Below are positions 11,011-24,739 of a stretch of 64,000 nucleotides of DNA, piece by piece; positions within the stretch are counted from its first letter, which is position 1, and each line of letters starts with the position of its first letter. The stretch lies in the NCBI GenBank assembly GCA_965113315.1, contig OZ220365.1; one strand, given 5' to 3'. The notes under the pieces were generated by a model, which was not told the origin of the DNA, did no database searches, and saw only the letters and a list, made by a program, of their open reading frames with translations. The translations under genes and the position numbers were made by a program. This stretch comes from Podarcis vaucheri. Taxonomy: Eukaryota.

Positions 11011-13901
11011 CGGGTTTCTTCAACGTCAGCTCCTGTGATTGTAGCATTAAGGGCTGGAAGAAAATATTGCTTTATGCTCTCAATCTGGCAATGAAAACGT
11101 GTTTTCCCCATTTGATTCAAACTCTTAATATACTGTGATACTTTCTCCTCACATCTCTGCCCCTTTTCCCTCTTTTACCATTAATTTCACATTTAGGATG
11201 CACCCTGTCAAAATTTGATCAAACCTATTATGAAGTGTGAGGAACAAATATTTGAATTAGAGTCAGAGGTGAGGAAAGTGGCAGAAGCGACAGAAGAAAA
11301 ATAGGGACGAGTGCATTAGTATTGGAAGCACACAGCTAATTTGGAATTGAATTTAAATGAATTCCAAAATCGCAGTTTGGTAGGCATTTTATTATTGGGA
11401 TGTCTTATCTGGGTATGTAAGTAAAAGTCATACAAGACCTTCAATTGCAGCTTGGCCTGCTGCAAGGGTAGGAAATCATTCACTTGTGGCACTTGTAATG
11501 AGTGATGGACACATGTCCCGGTCCTCACTCCAAAAGGGGTTTGATTTTTTTGGTGTGCTTCTTGTAAGAATGCACATAATATTTGTGGACACCACATAAT
11601 GTTTCTAGAGTAGAGGCAGGGTTAACAATGGAGAGCAAGCCTTTCAGCTCCCCAGCAAAGCATTCATTCCTATCAAGGAGCAAATTGGGACTGCAATTCC
11701 CAGAATCCCCCAGTCGGAACACGACACTATTCATGTCAGTTTCCATTGGACAGAAGGCAGGTGGGAATGGATTTTTGTTGGAGAGCTGAGTCCCCCCTTT
11801 GCCTTGACAGAGGAACATTCTAAGGGTCTTCAGAAGGAGGACATGAAGAAGTGGCAGAGGTGGAGATAAATGCCAAACCAACTCTGCTCTGCTCAATTTG
11901 CCGTTCCCCATAAAAAGCCTTTCCAGTTTCTTTAAACTTGGAGTCTTTCATTGGTGACACTCATGTTGTTTAATGTCCTCCCTGTTCAGATACAAGAGGT
12001 CTTGTTGGTGATGGCATTCTGATGGTTCTTGAAGCTACACCTGCTTAGGCAAGTGTTCCCCTGAATTTGAACTTTTTTTATTATTCTCTGAGTGGGAAGT
12101 GTTGAAATGGCAGCCTAATAACCCACTGGCCCAGCACTAGAAACCAGTGTATTGGCAGGGAGTGGGAGCAATTTATTGCCTACGGATTGGAATCTTCTTT
12201 TCATCAACTTTCCAACCATCAGAATGCAGACTTCTCAGGCATACAAACAGAATGAGAGGTCACTCAGTTCACTTCCTTTGGCAGAAGCAATCTTTGGATG
12301 CCCTGTATGATTAGTTGCCTCTTGCACTAGTGCACAAGAGGAGACTTCTTCCTTAGGGGAGATGTTTGGAGCCCAGAGTCAGTAAATCAAATCTGGGGTG
12401 TGAGGAAGAAATCTTTGAGAGTATGTGTGGTGGGAAAAGGCAAGATTGAAAAGCTCATCTTGGATTTGTCTTTCTTAGACTTTCTCCTGGAAGCCTGTTT
12501 TGGCCCATCTGCTACTTAGGTAAAGGACTGTCATCTCGGTTTTCATAATGCCTAACTTTTAACACTTAAATTTTAATCTGTTGCTAAAAACATATAATAT
12601 TATTTAGCTTTGCACAACAGTGAGTTCATCAGTTCTTGTATTCCATAGCATATAACTTACAATAGTATATGAAACATAAATATTTTAGATCCAAAAAGGG
12701 GAGGAAAAAGAACAGGTTGTTCATGGATATCTACACAACATAACAGCATGCCTAAATTCAAGTTTCTCTTATACACACACTTTGGAACACTAAGGTCAGT
12801 AAGTGCAGTGTATAGATAATTTTGAAATTTGCATATGTTCACCTAATATTTCTCATGTCACCTAGCCTAACCGTTTTTAATTCAATAGAAATGCATAGTC
12901 GTTTTACTAATAAAATATGTGGGTTCCTTCATGTAAATTTACATTCACATCCCATTCGGCTTGTGTTAATTAAGCACACATTGTGGGAAGCACTGTGAAG
13001 CCTGGTAATATGAACTCTAAGCACAATTTAAACACTGATGATTTGAATAAATGGCATCCTATAAATATTGCTCATATATCTTCTTAGTGCTGTAGAGCAA
13101 TGAATTCTTCTGAGAGGAAGCAACATTGCTTTTATTACCAGCTAAGTGTTCTCTTCATTTGCATAAAGCATGTATACACAAACATTTTTTTTCTGTTTGC
13201 ATCTATAAAAGCATGAATGAGTAATCTCAAGGCAGTTTCAAAAAGTGGTTTCATTACTCAGGGAGAAAAGCAGGTGGGGCCTCCGACAGATCATTGCTCC
13301 TCACTGAACTAGCTGTGTTGGTACAGCATCAGCATCATCATGGCATGATTCTCAAGTGGCTGTGGTATGCACACCTGGGACACAAACCAACTAAGTCATG
13401 GAGTAGACTCATTGAAATCTAGGGACTTAAATTAATCATGCCTGTTGATCTCTTGTGAGTTTGCCTAGCAGTGTAATGCAAACCCAAGATCCATGAGTTT
13501 GGAACAGACAGATCTTGGGCTGTCCTGGCTATAAGTTGGAGCTCAGCTCTGGCTATGCTGGTGTAACTCCCTCATCCTAAACTCAGCCAGGAATATATAA
13601 GTCCCCTCAAGTCACTGGTTTAGCCAGGGATGATCCAGTAGAACATAAGCGGGTGGAATTTACACCAGTGTTAGTCCCCACAAAGGGGCATTCTGGGATG
13701 GACAAAGAGATACTTACACCTATTCCAAACTTCTTAAAGCTCAGTTAAGTGACCCAATAAACCAGTGGAGCTAATTCTGACAAAAAGGGTGGTGTAAGTC
13801 AAACTCTGTTTCAGAGGCTTGTTTTCTTCTCTGTCAGGGCTGGACTAGCTCAGGCAGTAGCAGCGCTGCTCCCAAACAGAGTTTGAAATAGGGGTAACTT
13901 A

Positions 13902-14246
13902 AAGGTAAAGAGACCCCTGACCATTAGGTCCAGTCATGGCCGACTCTGGGGTTCCAGCGCTCATCTCGCTTTATTGGCCGTGGGTGCTGGTGTACAGCTT
14001 CCGGGTGGCCAGCATGACTAAGCCACTTCTTGTGAACCAGAGCAGCATACGGAAACGCCGTTTACCTTCCCACCGGAGCAGTACCTATTTATCTACTTGC
14101 ACTTTGATGTGCTTTCGAACTGCTAGGTTGGCAGGAGCAGGGACCGAGCAACAGGAGCTCACCCCGTCGCGGGGATTCGAACCGCCAGCCTTCTGATCGG
14201 CAAGCCCTAGGCTCTGTGGTTTAACCCACAGTGCCACCCACGTCCC
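13902..14246 (-). mobile_element. Sauria SINE (lacertid type), full length
   Basis: Reverse complement GGGACGTGGGTGGCACTGTGGGTTAAACC..GGTTCGAATCCC..TAGATAAATAGGTAC..TTTACCTT; perfect 13-bp TSD TAGGGGTAACTTA. Confidence 0.95.
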
Positions 14247-14750
14247 TAGGGGTAACTTACATCAACTTAAATTAAGCAGGGTGTAAGCCCTGCTGGCTTC
14301 CTATCCTCCTTTGCTATTTGGATTCAACCCCAGACGTGCTGGTTCTATTCTGCCAAATCATTTTGCAAGAATCTAGCCAGCTCTTGCCTTTTAGCGTTTT
14401 TAGACAATGAGTGAAATCACAGCAGCTGTGAGTGACATTTAGAGGAGCAGCAAGCCATAGAGGTTTTTAACTGTCCTGCAGGACGAAGCAGCAGCAGTGA
14501 GAACAGAGAGTGACCTGCTCCTGTATTGTCGAGTGGCCTTTTACTGTTCCTTGGTAATGCAAGCACAGCAAGACAGTGCTGGCTTTAGCCTTACTGTGAG
14601 TCCCTTCCCAAGCCATTAATGACACCCCCAAGGAGTCCATGTTTGCTGGAACAGCAAAGCAGCCAGAAAACTGATCAGTGTAATACAGGCAGGTCTGATG
14701 AATTCCCTTACCATTTCTATTTGCATTGCTGGCTTAGCTTTGTGGATCTG

Positions 14751-15006
14751 GGGTTGAATTACTGGGAGAAATTCACCAGCTCACTCTTCCAATCCCATAA
14801 GCACAATCATTTCAGCTTGCCCAATGGAACAATCTCCCCTCTCGTCCCCACCATGTGATGTTCTGGGGGTTCCCTAGATCCCCCAGAACTGATTTGGGGG
14901 TGAGCATAGGGTACATGTGGGGGAAGAGAGCAGGCAGGTCCTGTTGTGCTAGTGGGATTCATTGCGCTTGCTCCCACGACTGCATCTGCTTAGTTGAATC
15001 TGACCC
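14751..15006. mobile_element. Old non-autonomous DNA transposon (MITE-like)
   Basis: Degenerate terminal inverted repeats GGGTTGAATT / GAATCTGACCC; the internal segment CAGCTTGCC..ATGGAACAAT recurs at about 36360. Confidence 0.45.
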
Positions 15007-15379
15007 ATTGTTTCTTGCAAGACTTCAAAAGGGCCCTAGGGGGTATGCCATACTCTTCCAACACTTTCAGAAAATGCTCAGGCACAGAACTGTAAGAGAT
15101 GACAATTCCATGGCTATGGGGCAGCACTCAAGAAGTCTGCTGCTTTCCAGCCTGTGAAATAGTCAAGAGTGTGTCCTGTCTGTGTTTTCAAATTTGTGTT
15201 TATTATCCCACTACGCCTCCCATACTTGAAAATACAAGATACAAGGAAATTCATTCATCCCTTTTTTAAGTAGCTGGAGGAGGAAGAGAGGGTAAAAACG
15301 ACTAATAATAATAATGCATTTATTTAGTGTCTTATAACATGAGAATCTCACAGTGATTTACATTAATGCAACTGAAATA

Positions 15380-15463
15380 CTATCATCTATTTATCATCTA
15401 TCATCTATCTTTCCATCTATCTCTATCTATCTATTTATCTATCTCTCTATCATCTATCTATCT
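15380..15463. repeat. (TCTA)n degenerate microsatellite
   Basis: Direct inspection. Confidence 0.9.
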
Positions 15464-16786
15464 ATTACACATTATACATATGAGACAGCTGGATAAAGCA
15501 ACATCCAGTCCTTTCCCTGAATGTAAATGCTTGATTAGGCTCCGTATCAAAGTATCTGCTTTTTTGCAAATGATATATAAATACTTAGAGCAGCAATATA
15601 TCTATTTATTACCCATAAATTGGGTCAATACATGTTAAATACATGTGTGTGTAATATGAGGAAATAAGTGACCTGATCCTCCCCACCTAAAGAACCACTT
15701 TAACGTTGTGCACAGAGCTTTCATATCAGGTGTGTCACCTGCTGTCATTGTGCAAAAACAAGAGACAAAAATCTGAATCCCTGTTTCCCTTGCAGATTTG
15801 CAGATTTATCTATGAGAACACGTGCATCCATAGTCAACAAGGCACAGTGGAATAATTACAGCATATTTACTGAATAGCTACATGAGTACCATGCTGCTGG
15901 TGGAAAGAAGGATGTAGTCGAGATGCTGGAGGGAAAAAACCTGGCCAAAATAATACAACTGCGAAGTCAGCCTCTTCCTCCTCAGCAGCGTTCAGGAATC
16001 ACACACACAAAAGCATCAGCTTTAGGGTTGGTAATTTTGCCGAATAGGTTCTTTCCCTCTATTTCCTTTATCAGCACATGGAGCACAGCTATTCTTTCTT
16101 TAAAACCCAAGAAGGTCAAGCCAAGCAGAATCTCGAGAGTGTTAAGCAGCAGCAGCTAACAACACAAAAGTTGTCTTTTCGAAAATGCAGAAAGAGCACT
16201 TGCTTAAAATAGAGGGAAAAGAAATCAAGGAGGAAATGTCAACTGTTTCTTTGGTTGGAAAGAGGGGGAAAGAGAGAGAGCGTGCATGGTGTGTAAACAG
16301 CAGCACCTACTTGGAAAACAGTGAGATCAAAGACAGCACAAAGCCCCAAAGGATGACTTGGATGTGAGGGGAGAGGGAATAACAAGTCATTAAGAAACTT
16401 TACATCCCAGTCATGAAGAAATGTATTCTACAGAAGTACATTCTATTGGTAGGCTTTTCTTTCACAGAACATTCAGGATGCTAGCCCTGTTTGGAGAAAG
16501 TGAATTGATCTCTCCCTTAGTCTGTATTAGGGCTGTACATGCATGTTCCCCTCCAATCCAATCTATGTCCCAATCTGGCACTTTGGATCAACCCCAATCT
16601 GACCTCGGGGTGATCTGGGGCTGACCTGCATCTGGACACCAAATCAATTCTGACGCCTTAATGTTTAGTTAGGTTTTTGAACACTAATTAAACATGTGGC
16701 CTTGGGAGAGAAGGAGACATGGTGTTCAATCCTGCTGTGTGCTGCTTTGCTGGCACATTCCCTTCAGGGTATACACTGGCAAAGTA

Positions 16787-17133
16787 AAAAGGTAAAGGTA
16801 AAGGGACCCCCGACCACTAGGTCCAGTCGTGGCCGACTCTGGGGTTGCGGCGCTCATCTTGCTTTATTGGCCAAGGGAGCTTTCGGGTCAGGTGGCCAGC
16901 ATGACTAAGCTGCTTCTGGCGAACCAGAGCAGCGCACAAAAATGCCGTTTACCTTCCCGCCAGAGCGGTACCTATTTATCTACTTGCACTTTGACGTGCT
17001 TTCGAACTGCTAGGTTGGCAGGAGCTGGGACTGAGCAACGGGAGCTCACCCCGGTGCGGGGATTCGAACCGCCGACCTTCTGATTGGCAAGTCCTAGGCT
17101 CTGTGGTTTAACCCACAGCGCCATCCGCGTCCC
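16787..17133 (-). mobile_element. Sauria SINE, full length
   Basis: Closely similar to 13902-14246; (ACCTTT)n tail; TSD ACACTGGCAAA(G/A)TA. Confidence 0.95.
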
Positions 17134-18588
17134 ACACTGGCAAAATATATCCTGCTAATTGCAAAATTAGTTCCCAAGACAACAAAGTTCTATTTTATAT
17201 GTTCCACAAGGTCTTGATTCCAAAAGGTACTGTTCTTTCTGAAAGGTGAGGTGGTAAGATCTGGCATCATGGAGCAAATCTGAGTTCCTCATCAATATTC
17301 TCTGTTGACATGGGCAAGACAAGGGAACTCACAATTCTTTCTCCAGCATCTACCCTCATCTCCTCTATGCCATATACCCACACACACAACGCAAGACAAG
17401 CACACTTTTAGAATTGTTGCTATATCAATATTTCTTTTAGGAGACAGAAATTATTGCACTTCTGCCCACTGCAGTAAAGTTGGATCTGGTTTTTCAGCAT
17501 TAAATGAGAGCTGGCAGACATCAAGGAGAAAAGCAACTGTGAAAGGCTGCTTGGAGCCTTGAACTTAGATATTAATAAGCGCATATGCTGAATGCTCTTT
17601 AGAAAATATTTTATCTGTTGATTTTGCAGGGTCCTGTACAGTGAGACCTATTGTGGCAGGGAAGCAGTGATATTATCTTGACAGGAAATTTCACAGTCCA
17701 GCTGCCAATCCTAACAGGCCATGTCAGCTACATGCCATAATGGCCATCTTTTTATCAGAGGTCAGGCAAGTGACCTACAAGCTTGCAGCCTGAGATTATG
17801 ATCCCCTATTTGATCATGCAGCAGAACCTTTTTCAAGCTCACAAGCAACCAATACAGCAGCTGACAACACAGAGGCTTACTTTTGGATTTGTTGCTACAG
17901 GCAACAGGTCAAAAATCATCAAATCCCATGTTGCTTGGGAGAGAGCGAGAGAGCGACAGTTGTGTGGGTGTTTTCTTTTAAAATGATCTACCTACCTCCT
18001 TTAAGAGCTGTTTGAATCCTTAAACCTCTTCATGCTGCATTACTGTGGAAACCACAGAACCCGAATGGAGCTGTATTTGTTTTGTGCAAGTAAAACATAG
18101 GGCTAGAACTTGCAAACCTATACTAAAAAGCTTCCACAGCCCACACATTTTTCTCACTGAAAACATAGGCATTCGAGGGGAAAGTTTGGTACACTGTAAT
18201 TGTTGAAGGGGTTGGCTGGAAACCAGAGGACCCTTTTAATTTTGTCGGTCATTATACTGACTTCAATATGATTGAAAACAATTGCATTGTTGTTATTTCC
18301 AGGTTACATAAGTAGGGAGCAGCATGTGTGTGCTATTTTCCTCCTGGAAAGTCAAATTTCCCAGAACAACAATGCTTAGATGTAATGGAATACATTCACA
18401 TTAAATGACCACTTTGGTAAGACAAGAAGTCTTTCAAAACCCCTTTGTTAGTTTGTCACTTTATCCTATTCTAAGCATCGCTGTGTGTAACAACACTTGT
18501 GGAATTTCTTGTTCCTCTTCATCAAATAGAAGACCAGTAGGAGAGAGAAAAAGGTGACTCATTTATTCCTTCTGAACAACAGTGTAGG

Positions 18589-18712
18589 CAGTGCTATTTT
18601 TCTAGAAAAAGAGGTGCCAGAACTAGCCATGAACACCTTCCTTATTCTCTTACAACGGCAATGGTGCCCACCTGAGCGGTGTCAGAACTGACTTCTGGTG
18701 AGTTCCAGCTGG
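18589..18712. mobile_element. hAT-type MITE fragment (CAGTGCT..TTTTTC terminus)
   Basis: CAGTGCTATTTTTCTAGAAAAAGAGGTGCCAGAACT with internal repeat GGTGTCAGAACT; other end not evident. Confidence 0.45.
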
Positions 18713-20899
18713 AGGTGGGGAGCCCTGAATGTGGGGGGAAATGCAGCAGAAGGCATGCAGGTTGTTGTTGTGCTGCCAGAATAGGCCATTGTAGGGGATT
18801 AATACCCTTTGTGAAATCACCTGAGCATATAGTCAGATTCTCATTCCATCTACTGAAACCTTTTGACCCGATGAAGGAATCCAGCTTGCAGAAGGAGGCA
18901 ATTCTCTCTTTCCTCCCAGAACCCCTTTACAGAGCCCCCCACCCACCCACTGTAACCGAACAACATGGATTTTCAGAGGGTGCAAGAAGACGCAGGAGAA
19001 AGGGAAATTCACCAATGGAGGGGTGGGGGCTGGATCCAAGAAGCAGAATATGAAAGTTCAGGCAAGATAACAAAAGAACCAGTTATAAGGACGTACTGCA
19101 AGTGCCTTTATTGGGCTATACTGAGACTGATTTTGACTGTGAGGTAGTGGGTTGTATACCTCCAAGAGGTTCCAGAATCTTCTAGCAATTTCATATGCTG
19201 CAATGAAGACTTTTGCTTTTAGAAAAGGAGTGGTGAATTTTCTCCAGACCAAGGCTCACATTATTTTATAGGCCACCTTCTGGAAACCTCATAATAGTGG
19301 CGAGCAGGACTAAAGGCAAAGAAGGGGCATTACCGCATTACATTCAGGCAAAAGCACTCCTAAAAGTGAATGTAGCTGAGATACCACTATAACCACTGGC
19401 CTGCACCGACCTTTTCCTGGGTTTGGTTCAGCGCTGGGCTCCTGCTGTAAGTCAGCATCCTTGATGGAGGGTTGCAGAGGTTTCCCAAGTCCTTCCTAGA
19501 GCTTTTGAAGTAACTATTACATTTACAAAGGCATGAAAAGACTATTTCCCTACACATATATAGCATAGGATCCATTGTGAGAAATAGTGTCTCTCACCTG
19601 CAGTCCAAATTGCTTCATTTTTTTCTCCCAGAAGATGAAGTTTCCATTTGCAGCTAGGAAAAAATATATATGAATAAGGTGGCCATAGCAGATTTATCTG
19701 TGGATCTAGGTGAATGCTCACACAAATAATATGTTCAGCATGCAAAAGATTGCTTTCTTTAAATTCCGCATAAATGCTAGCATACAACAATTAATCTCAT
19801 TTCTTCTTTAATTATCCTTTATTCCTATTGCAAAGGTGATATTTACTAGAACTGGTTTGAATAACAGATAGGTGCAACATTTAAATGTTGCAGCTTATTG
19901 CCAGATATTACGGGAAATCATGCCAGACACCCTCCAGCGAACTGGCCAAATTACTCAATACTGCAAAGTCTTCCAACACAAATATTTCGATTCATTCTAG
20001 GTGAGATGACTTGCAATTAAATCCCAATGACTGCAGTTTAAAATGCAAAGGGTCCCCTAATTTCTGCTCAGAAAGGATTGGCATGTGCACTTAATTGTTT
20101 CCAAGCCTTAGTAACTGGATCCCCACCTCTTCATTTTTCAAGAAACAATCCATTTATAGGTTAACACTTTAATTTGTGTATTTCATTCACACTTCCTTGT
20201 TTTTTAAAAAAATGGCAAGTTAGTAGGAAGGTGAGGTCTATGCAGCAGAAGAACAAATTTGGACAGCTTCAAAAGGGGAGGAGACGAATTCATGGAGGAC
20301 AAGATCATCAGTGAATATTAGCATGGCATCATTTTTCATTAAACCCTGTGGTCATTGCATGCAGCACTGTGTCTGTTCCACTGCACCTTGGGTTACAGTT
20401 ACAATGGATAAATTAACAGTTAAATTAACACTGAATCATGCTAAAGCTGTCTAGACACCTGATTAATGCAGACAACCATGTAACAAAGCAGTAAAATGCA
20501 TATTACGGTAAATTTCTCCAGCATTGGCAATCCATGGTTGTTGATGATGTTGATTTATTTGCTAACTTCAATTAACAACCCTTTACAATGAACAGTACTG
20601 AATCCACAAATTGTAAGATACGAACAGAGAAACTTGGAAACCTTTTGAGCTTTTTTGGAATGGTATGCATCAAAATGTCTCTGTAACCAGAAAAAAATAT
20701 ATATAGTACTTGGTTCCGCATTTGCTACTTTGTTGCCCTCCAGACTGGTGTTTTGTTGAAGGGGTATTTTGCAACATGTTTTTTGCACATTAATAGTGGC
20801 ATAGTTGTGGTTGTATTCTGCTTAGGTTTCTCCTGCAATGCTGCCAATTTTGTGGTCCAAAAAAATATAGATGTCCATACCGTTTGCATGCATGGATAC

Positions 20900-21334
20900 T
20901 GTCAGGGAACTGCCATTGGAGCTAGAGGCGGAGGGAAGGCTCCAGAGGGATGCCGGAGAGGGTCCCAGTAGGGAGAGGGGCAGCCCATTTGCTGGGGAAG
21001 GAAATCAGCGTAACACCAGTGGAGAAGGGGGGCAGATGGGGGAATCGGAGAGGAGGCTCCAAGACTCCTCACCGGAGACCAGCGGAGAGAGTACGGGTCC
21101 TCCGCTGCCCACACCCTCCCTGCGCAGAAGGCTTCCACTCAGGGAGACTAGGCGGAGACTAGGCGTCAAAAAACTTTTGTGCTGGAAGAAGTTCAAGAAA
21201 CGCCCACTGACGGATTCTGCCAGCGACTGAGACAGTCACAATGCTAGAGGCTGTTCAGTCAGAAAGGGTTCAACCAGGTAACCCAGCCAGGAGTGGCGGC
21301 AACTTACGCACGAGAAACCCCTAAACCCATTACA
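20900..21334 (+). mobile_element. Solo LTR (probably Gypsy/Ty3), 435 bp, containing a 109-codon open frame
   Basis: TGT...ACA termini; perfect 5-bp TSD GATAC (20895-20899, 21335-21339); CpG-rich; frame 20901-21230 open. Confidence 0.85.
20901..21230 (+). CDS. LTR-borne open frame: E/G/S-rich region plus Arg-rich C-terminal motif
   Basis: Open from LTR base 2 (VRELPLELEAE..) to TGA at 21230; ends RETRRRLGVKKLLCWKKFKKRPLTDSASD. Confidence 0.4.
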   Translation, partial: VRELPLELEAEGRLQRDAGEGPSRERGSPFAGEGNQRNTSGEGGQMGESERRLQDSSPETSGESTGPPLPTPSLRRRLPLRETRRRLGVKKLLCWKKFKKRPLTDSASD

Positions 21335-22010
21335 GATACCATACATGGTGATGCTCAGTTGTATATCAGAATGATATACAACAGCAGGCCTGCACAACTC
21401 AAATAGCTAAATCCAGCCCACCACACCTACCAACTGAAGCAACAATTGCTGTATTGGGGTGATGTTGCTAACTGGGCCTGAAGAATCAGTAGACTGTAAA
21501 CACGCCCCCTCAGGGGAAATATTATTCCACTTCTCCAACGTTCACCAGGCTTCTAGTCATGGTGCTAATCTTGGATTATGGTCTCAAGCTTTTGTTCAGA
21601 TGCGCTCCAATCCTGCACCCCCACCTGAAAACCCTGATGTGGATTGTTTCTCCTTGTAGTAATAATTGCATGCCGGCAGGTTAAAGGCAGAAAGTTAATC
21701 AAATATGGCTTTCCTGGCATTAATCTGAAAGGAACAAATAATAATTACAGATGAAATTATTACACAGAGAACTCCGCTTAAACAGTACATCCTCACAATA
21801 GAGAATAATTATTTTGAATAATAGCTGGACATCACAAGTCATACATGATAATGGGCTATTTATCGTGCCTTCTGTTTCTTATTGCCAGAAAGGTGTCTTC
21901 TTACTAGCACGACCTGCATAGGATAATTGCACTTGTTAATTTACTGTACAATTCTAACAGCGCATGTTGTCTCTATGAGTCCCTGAGTTGATTTCTAGAA
22001 TCCCTGTTTA

Positions 22011-22153
22011 AGGTAGAGGTGGCTAACCTGTGGCCCTGCACATGTTGTTGGAATTGACTTCCATCATCTGTGGCCGCTGGTCATGCTGGCTGGGGCTGAT
22101 GGGAGTTGGAGTTGGACAGCATCAAGGTGAGTGGCAAAGGTTAACCACCTCTG
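22011..22153. mobile_element. hAT-type MITE (family of 6367-6505)
   Basis: TIR-like AGAGGTGGCTAACCT / AGGTTAACCACCTCTG; internal GCTGGGGCTGATGGGAGTTG. Confidence 0.7.
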
Positions 22154-24739
22154 CTTTAATGGATGGAGCAGATTTCTGCCAAGCTCCAGGAAGTACTAGG
22201 TTTGTTTACCTATTGTTTGCTACCAGCATTAAATATCCCTTATGTCACCAATAAGTACTTCTGTTTGCTCGATTTAAATTAATGATACAAAAATCCAACA
22301 CGGCTATCTTTGCAAAAGAATTTGCCTTTTGGTCTGTGGTAATCCATAGAGAAAGATAGAAACGCAGGAAGCGAGAGAATGAGAGAATATCTATCATTTT
22401 CATGAATACCTACGCTACTTGTTTTTGTTTTCAAAATTAAGCCATCCATTTCAAGAAACAGTTCGGTTATGACGGAGAGTAACATTAGGAGTGAAAATGG
22501 AACTGAACAAAAGAGTCATCCTTTACCTGTGTGTCAGCCAATAAAATATGGCAGCCCAATCTGCTCTGTCTCTGATGGCTGTGTATGAAGTTCTACAATT
22601 AGAGAAGTAGGCAGCAGGGCTGCTTGTAGACAGAGACGCTGTTTATTAAACGGAAACATTATCACTTTGTTATTGCTTCCAGAATGAATAGAAGTGATCC
22701 ATCTTTCCAGGCACAATCTCTATAAATAATGAAAGATGTTCTGTAACAGATATAATAAACAGCTAGTTGTGTTTTACAGCAGGAGGGTACGTATCAGGAT
22801 AGGGCTCATGGAAATATAACCACATAAAGGAACATGAAATATTGGTCTGCGTACCTTTCCAATTCATTATTCATGTTCCCAAATTGCTATGTGAAAATGC
22901 AGAGCAGTTTTGTGTTTAAGACATACCATATTCTAGGCTTTTTTAAAAAAAACGAAAACAACCCACTGTTCCGTATATTATATATCCTATTGCTATGGAA
23001 TTTCGTATTGAGAGTATCTTGGGTGAGAAGTAAAGCTGTCTACACTTTAGAGAAGTTGGATGAAAGTTGGCTGAGTTACAGCAGTTTAAAACTGGGAGCC
23101 AGATGGGACTCAGGAGCCACCCTATGTAGCAAATCCTTGGGGTCCTCAAGTACGGCAGACTTCTCAAAGTCCTCCTGCACTTCTTGATTCTATTGATATA
23201 TTTATATATATCCCCAATGATGTCTCTTGCCAAAACCACCAGATTGTGCTAGCTGGATGGTTCCCCCTGGCTTTTTTCAGCATGTGCATAAACAACAGCC
23301 AGTGCTCAGGGACTTCTGTCCCACGACTTTAAAGTTTGAACACACTTGGTACAGTGGAATGAAGCCAACAGAGGCTCCAGAATGCTGCCAGTAGTGGACT
23401 CCTCCCCAGGCAGATGCCTGGCTGGCAGTAGATGGAGACATGGCTAAGGGCTAGATGGGCTGAATGATTTTGGGCTGAAAGCAATGGAAAAGAAAAGCTT
23501 ACTGAGAACAGGAGCAACATGGGCTCTTTTAGAAAGAGAGATGGGAGTGGCAGAAAAATGTCTCTGCTATTGACTTCCAAGGCAACCCCTCTTATTGACT
23601 TTCAGCATTCATCAGAATAAAATGTAAAAGGATTTATGTCCTCTGAGCTTACCCTAGCAAGATTCCTACTTCTGGCTCAAGCAATGCCCCTTTTGCTGGT
23701 ACGGCAGTTCAATATAGTTCTGGTTATGTTTTTTTCAATAGTTATCTATTGATCCCCAAGGCACAGTTAGGTTATGCCTAGACATGACACACATCTTGGG
23801 GATATGGAGACAGCCTGATAGTATTTACAAAAAGTGATCTGTGACACATTCACAAGAAAGCCTTGACTTCTCATAAAGTCAGGAAAATGTCACCATATGG
23901 TGATTTTCTCCTTATAACTAATCAGATAAGCTCACCTTCACACACTACTGATCTTTGGTGGGGCCAGAATTCATCTTGGTCAAAACAAGTGCTATTTCAG
24001 TAGGGGGGGGGCTCAAGGGTTTGCAGTACCGGCACATTTCACACACACACACCCCAAATGTTAAAAGTGTGGAACTTACTGTAACAAATATTTCATGGTG
24101 AGTGCCAGCAACTTTTTTTTTTTTTTTTGAAGAAGAAGAAGCTCAAACCGTACATGATTGTTTGAAAGGTCTCTCTGTCAAACTGTGTGTGTGTGCGCAC
24201 AAACATGTCAGAGAGAAATGAGTTGACAAGTTTTTCTCTCTCATCCCTTCTGTTTCCACACATAGGGAAGGTTTGATGTGGAGCTGCATTGGGTTTCAAA
24301 AAAGTCATTCTCCACATTCATTCTAAAATGATCCACTCTCCTGAGGAGACTGCGCCATGTGCCAGCCTGTAAGTATGAAACAGCGCTCAGCTTGGACTCC
24401 GGCCTTTGAAGCCTCCCAGTCTGTTTCAGCAAAATCGTGATGATGCTTCTGCTAAAACAATCAGAAGTACTGACCTCCAGTGCTATATCCTCATGTCCTC
24501 ACAATATGCACAAAAGGTTGTTTATTTTTTAAATGAGCAACAACACTAGAATAACTAATTGGCAGAAATTGTTGTTTCCTAATGACTTTCAACTACATCC
24601 CCCACCCCCACATTCTTCTTTCTTGTAATATCTCACTCATTCAGCCAACACAGCTGACAGCAAGACCCAGCTCTGTTCCTGGAGGCTTCTCCTTCCCTGC
24701 TGCCAGGCATTTACATTTTGAGCTTAGTATTCTTAAGAA

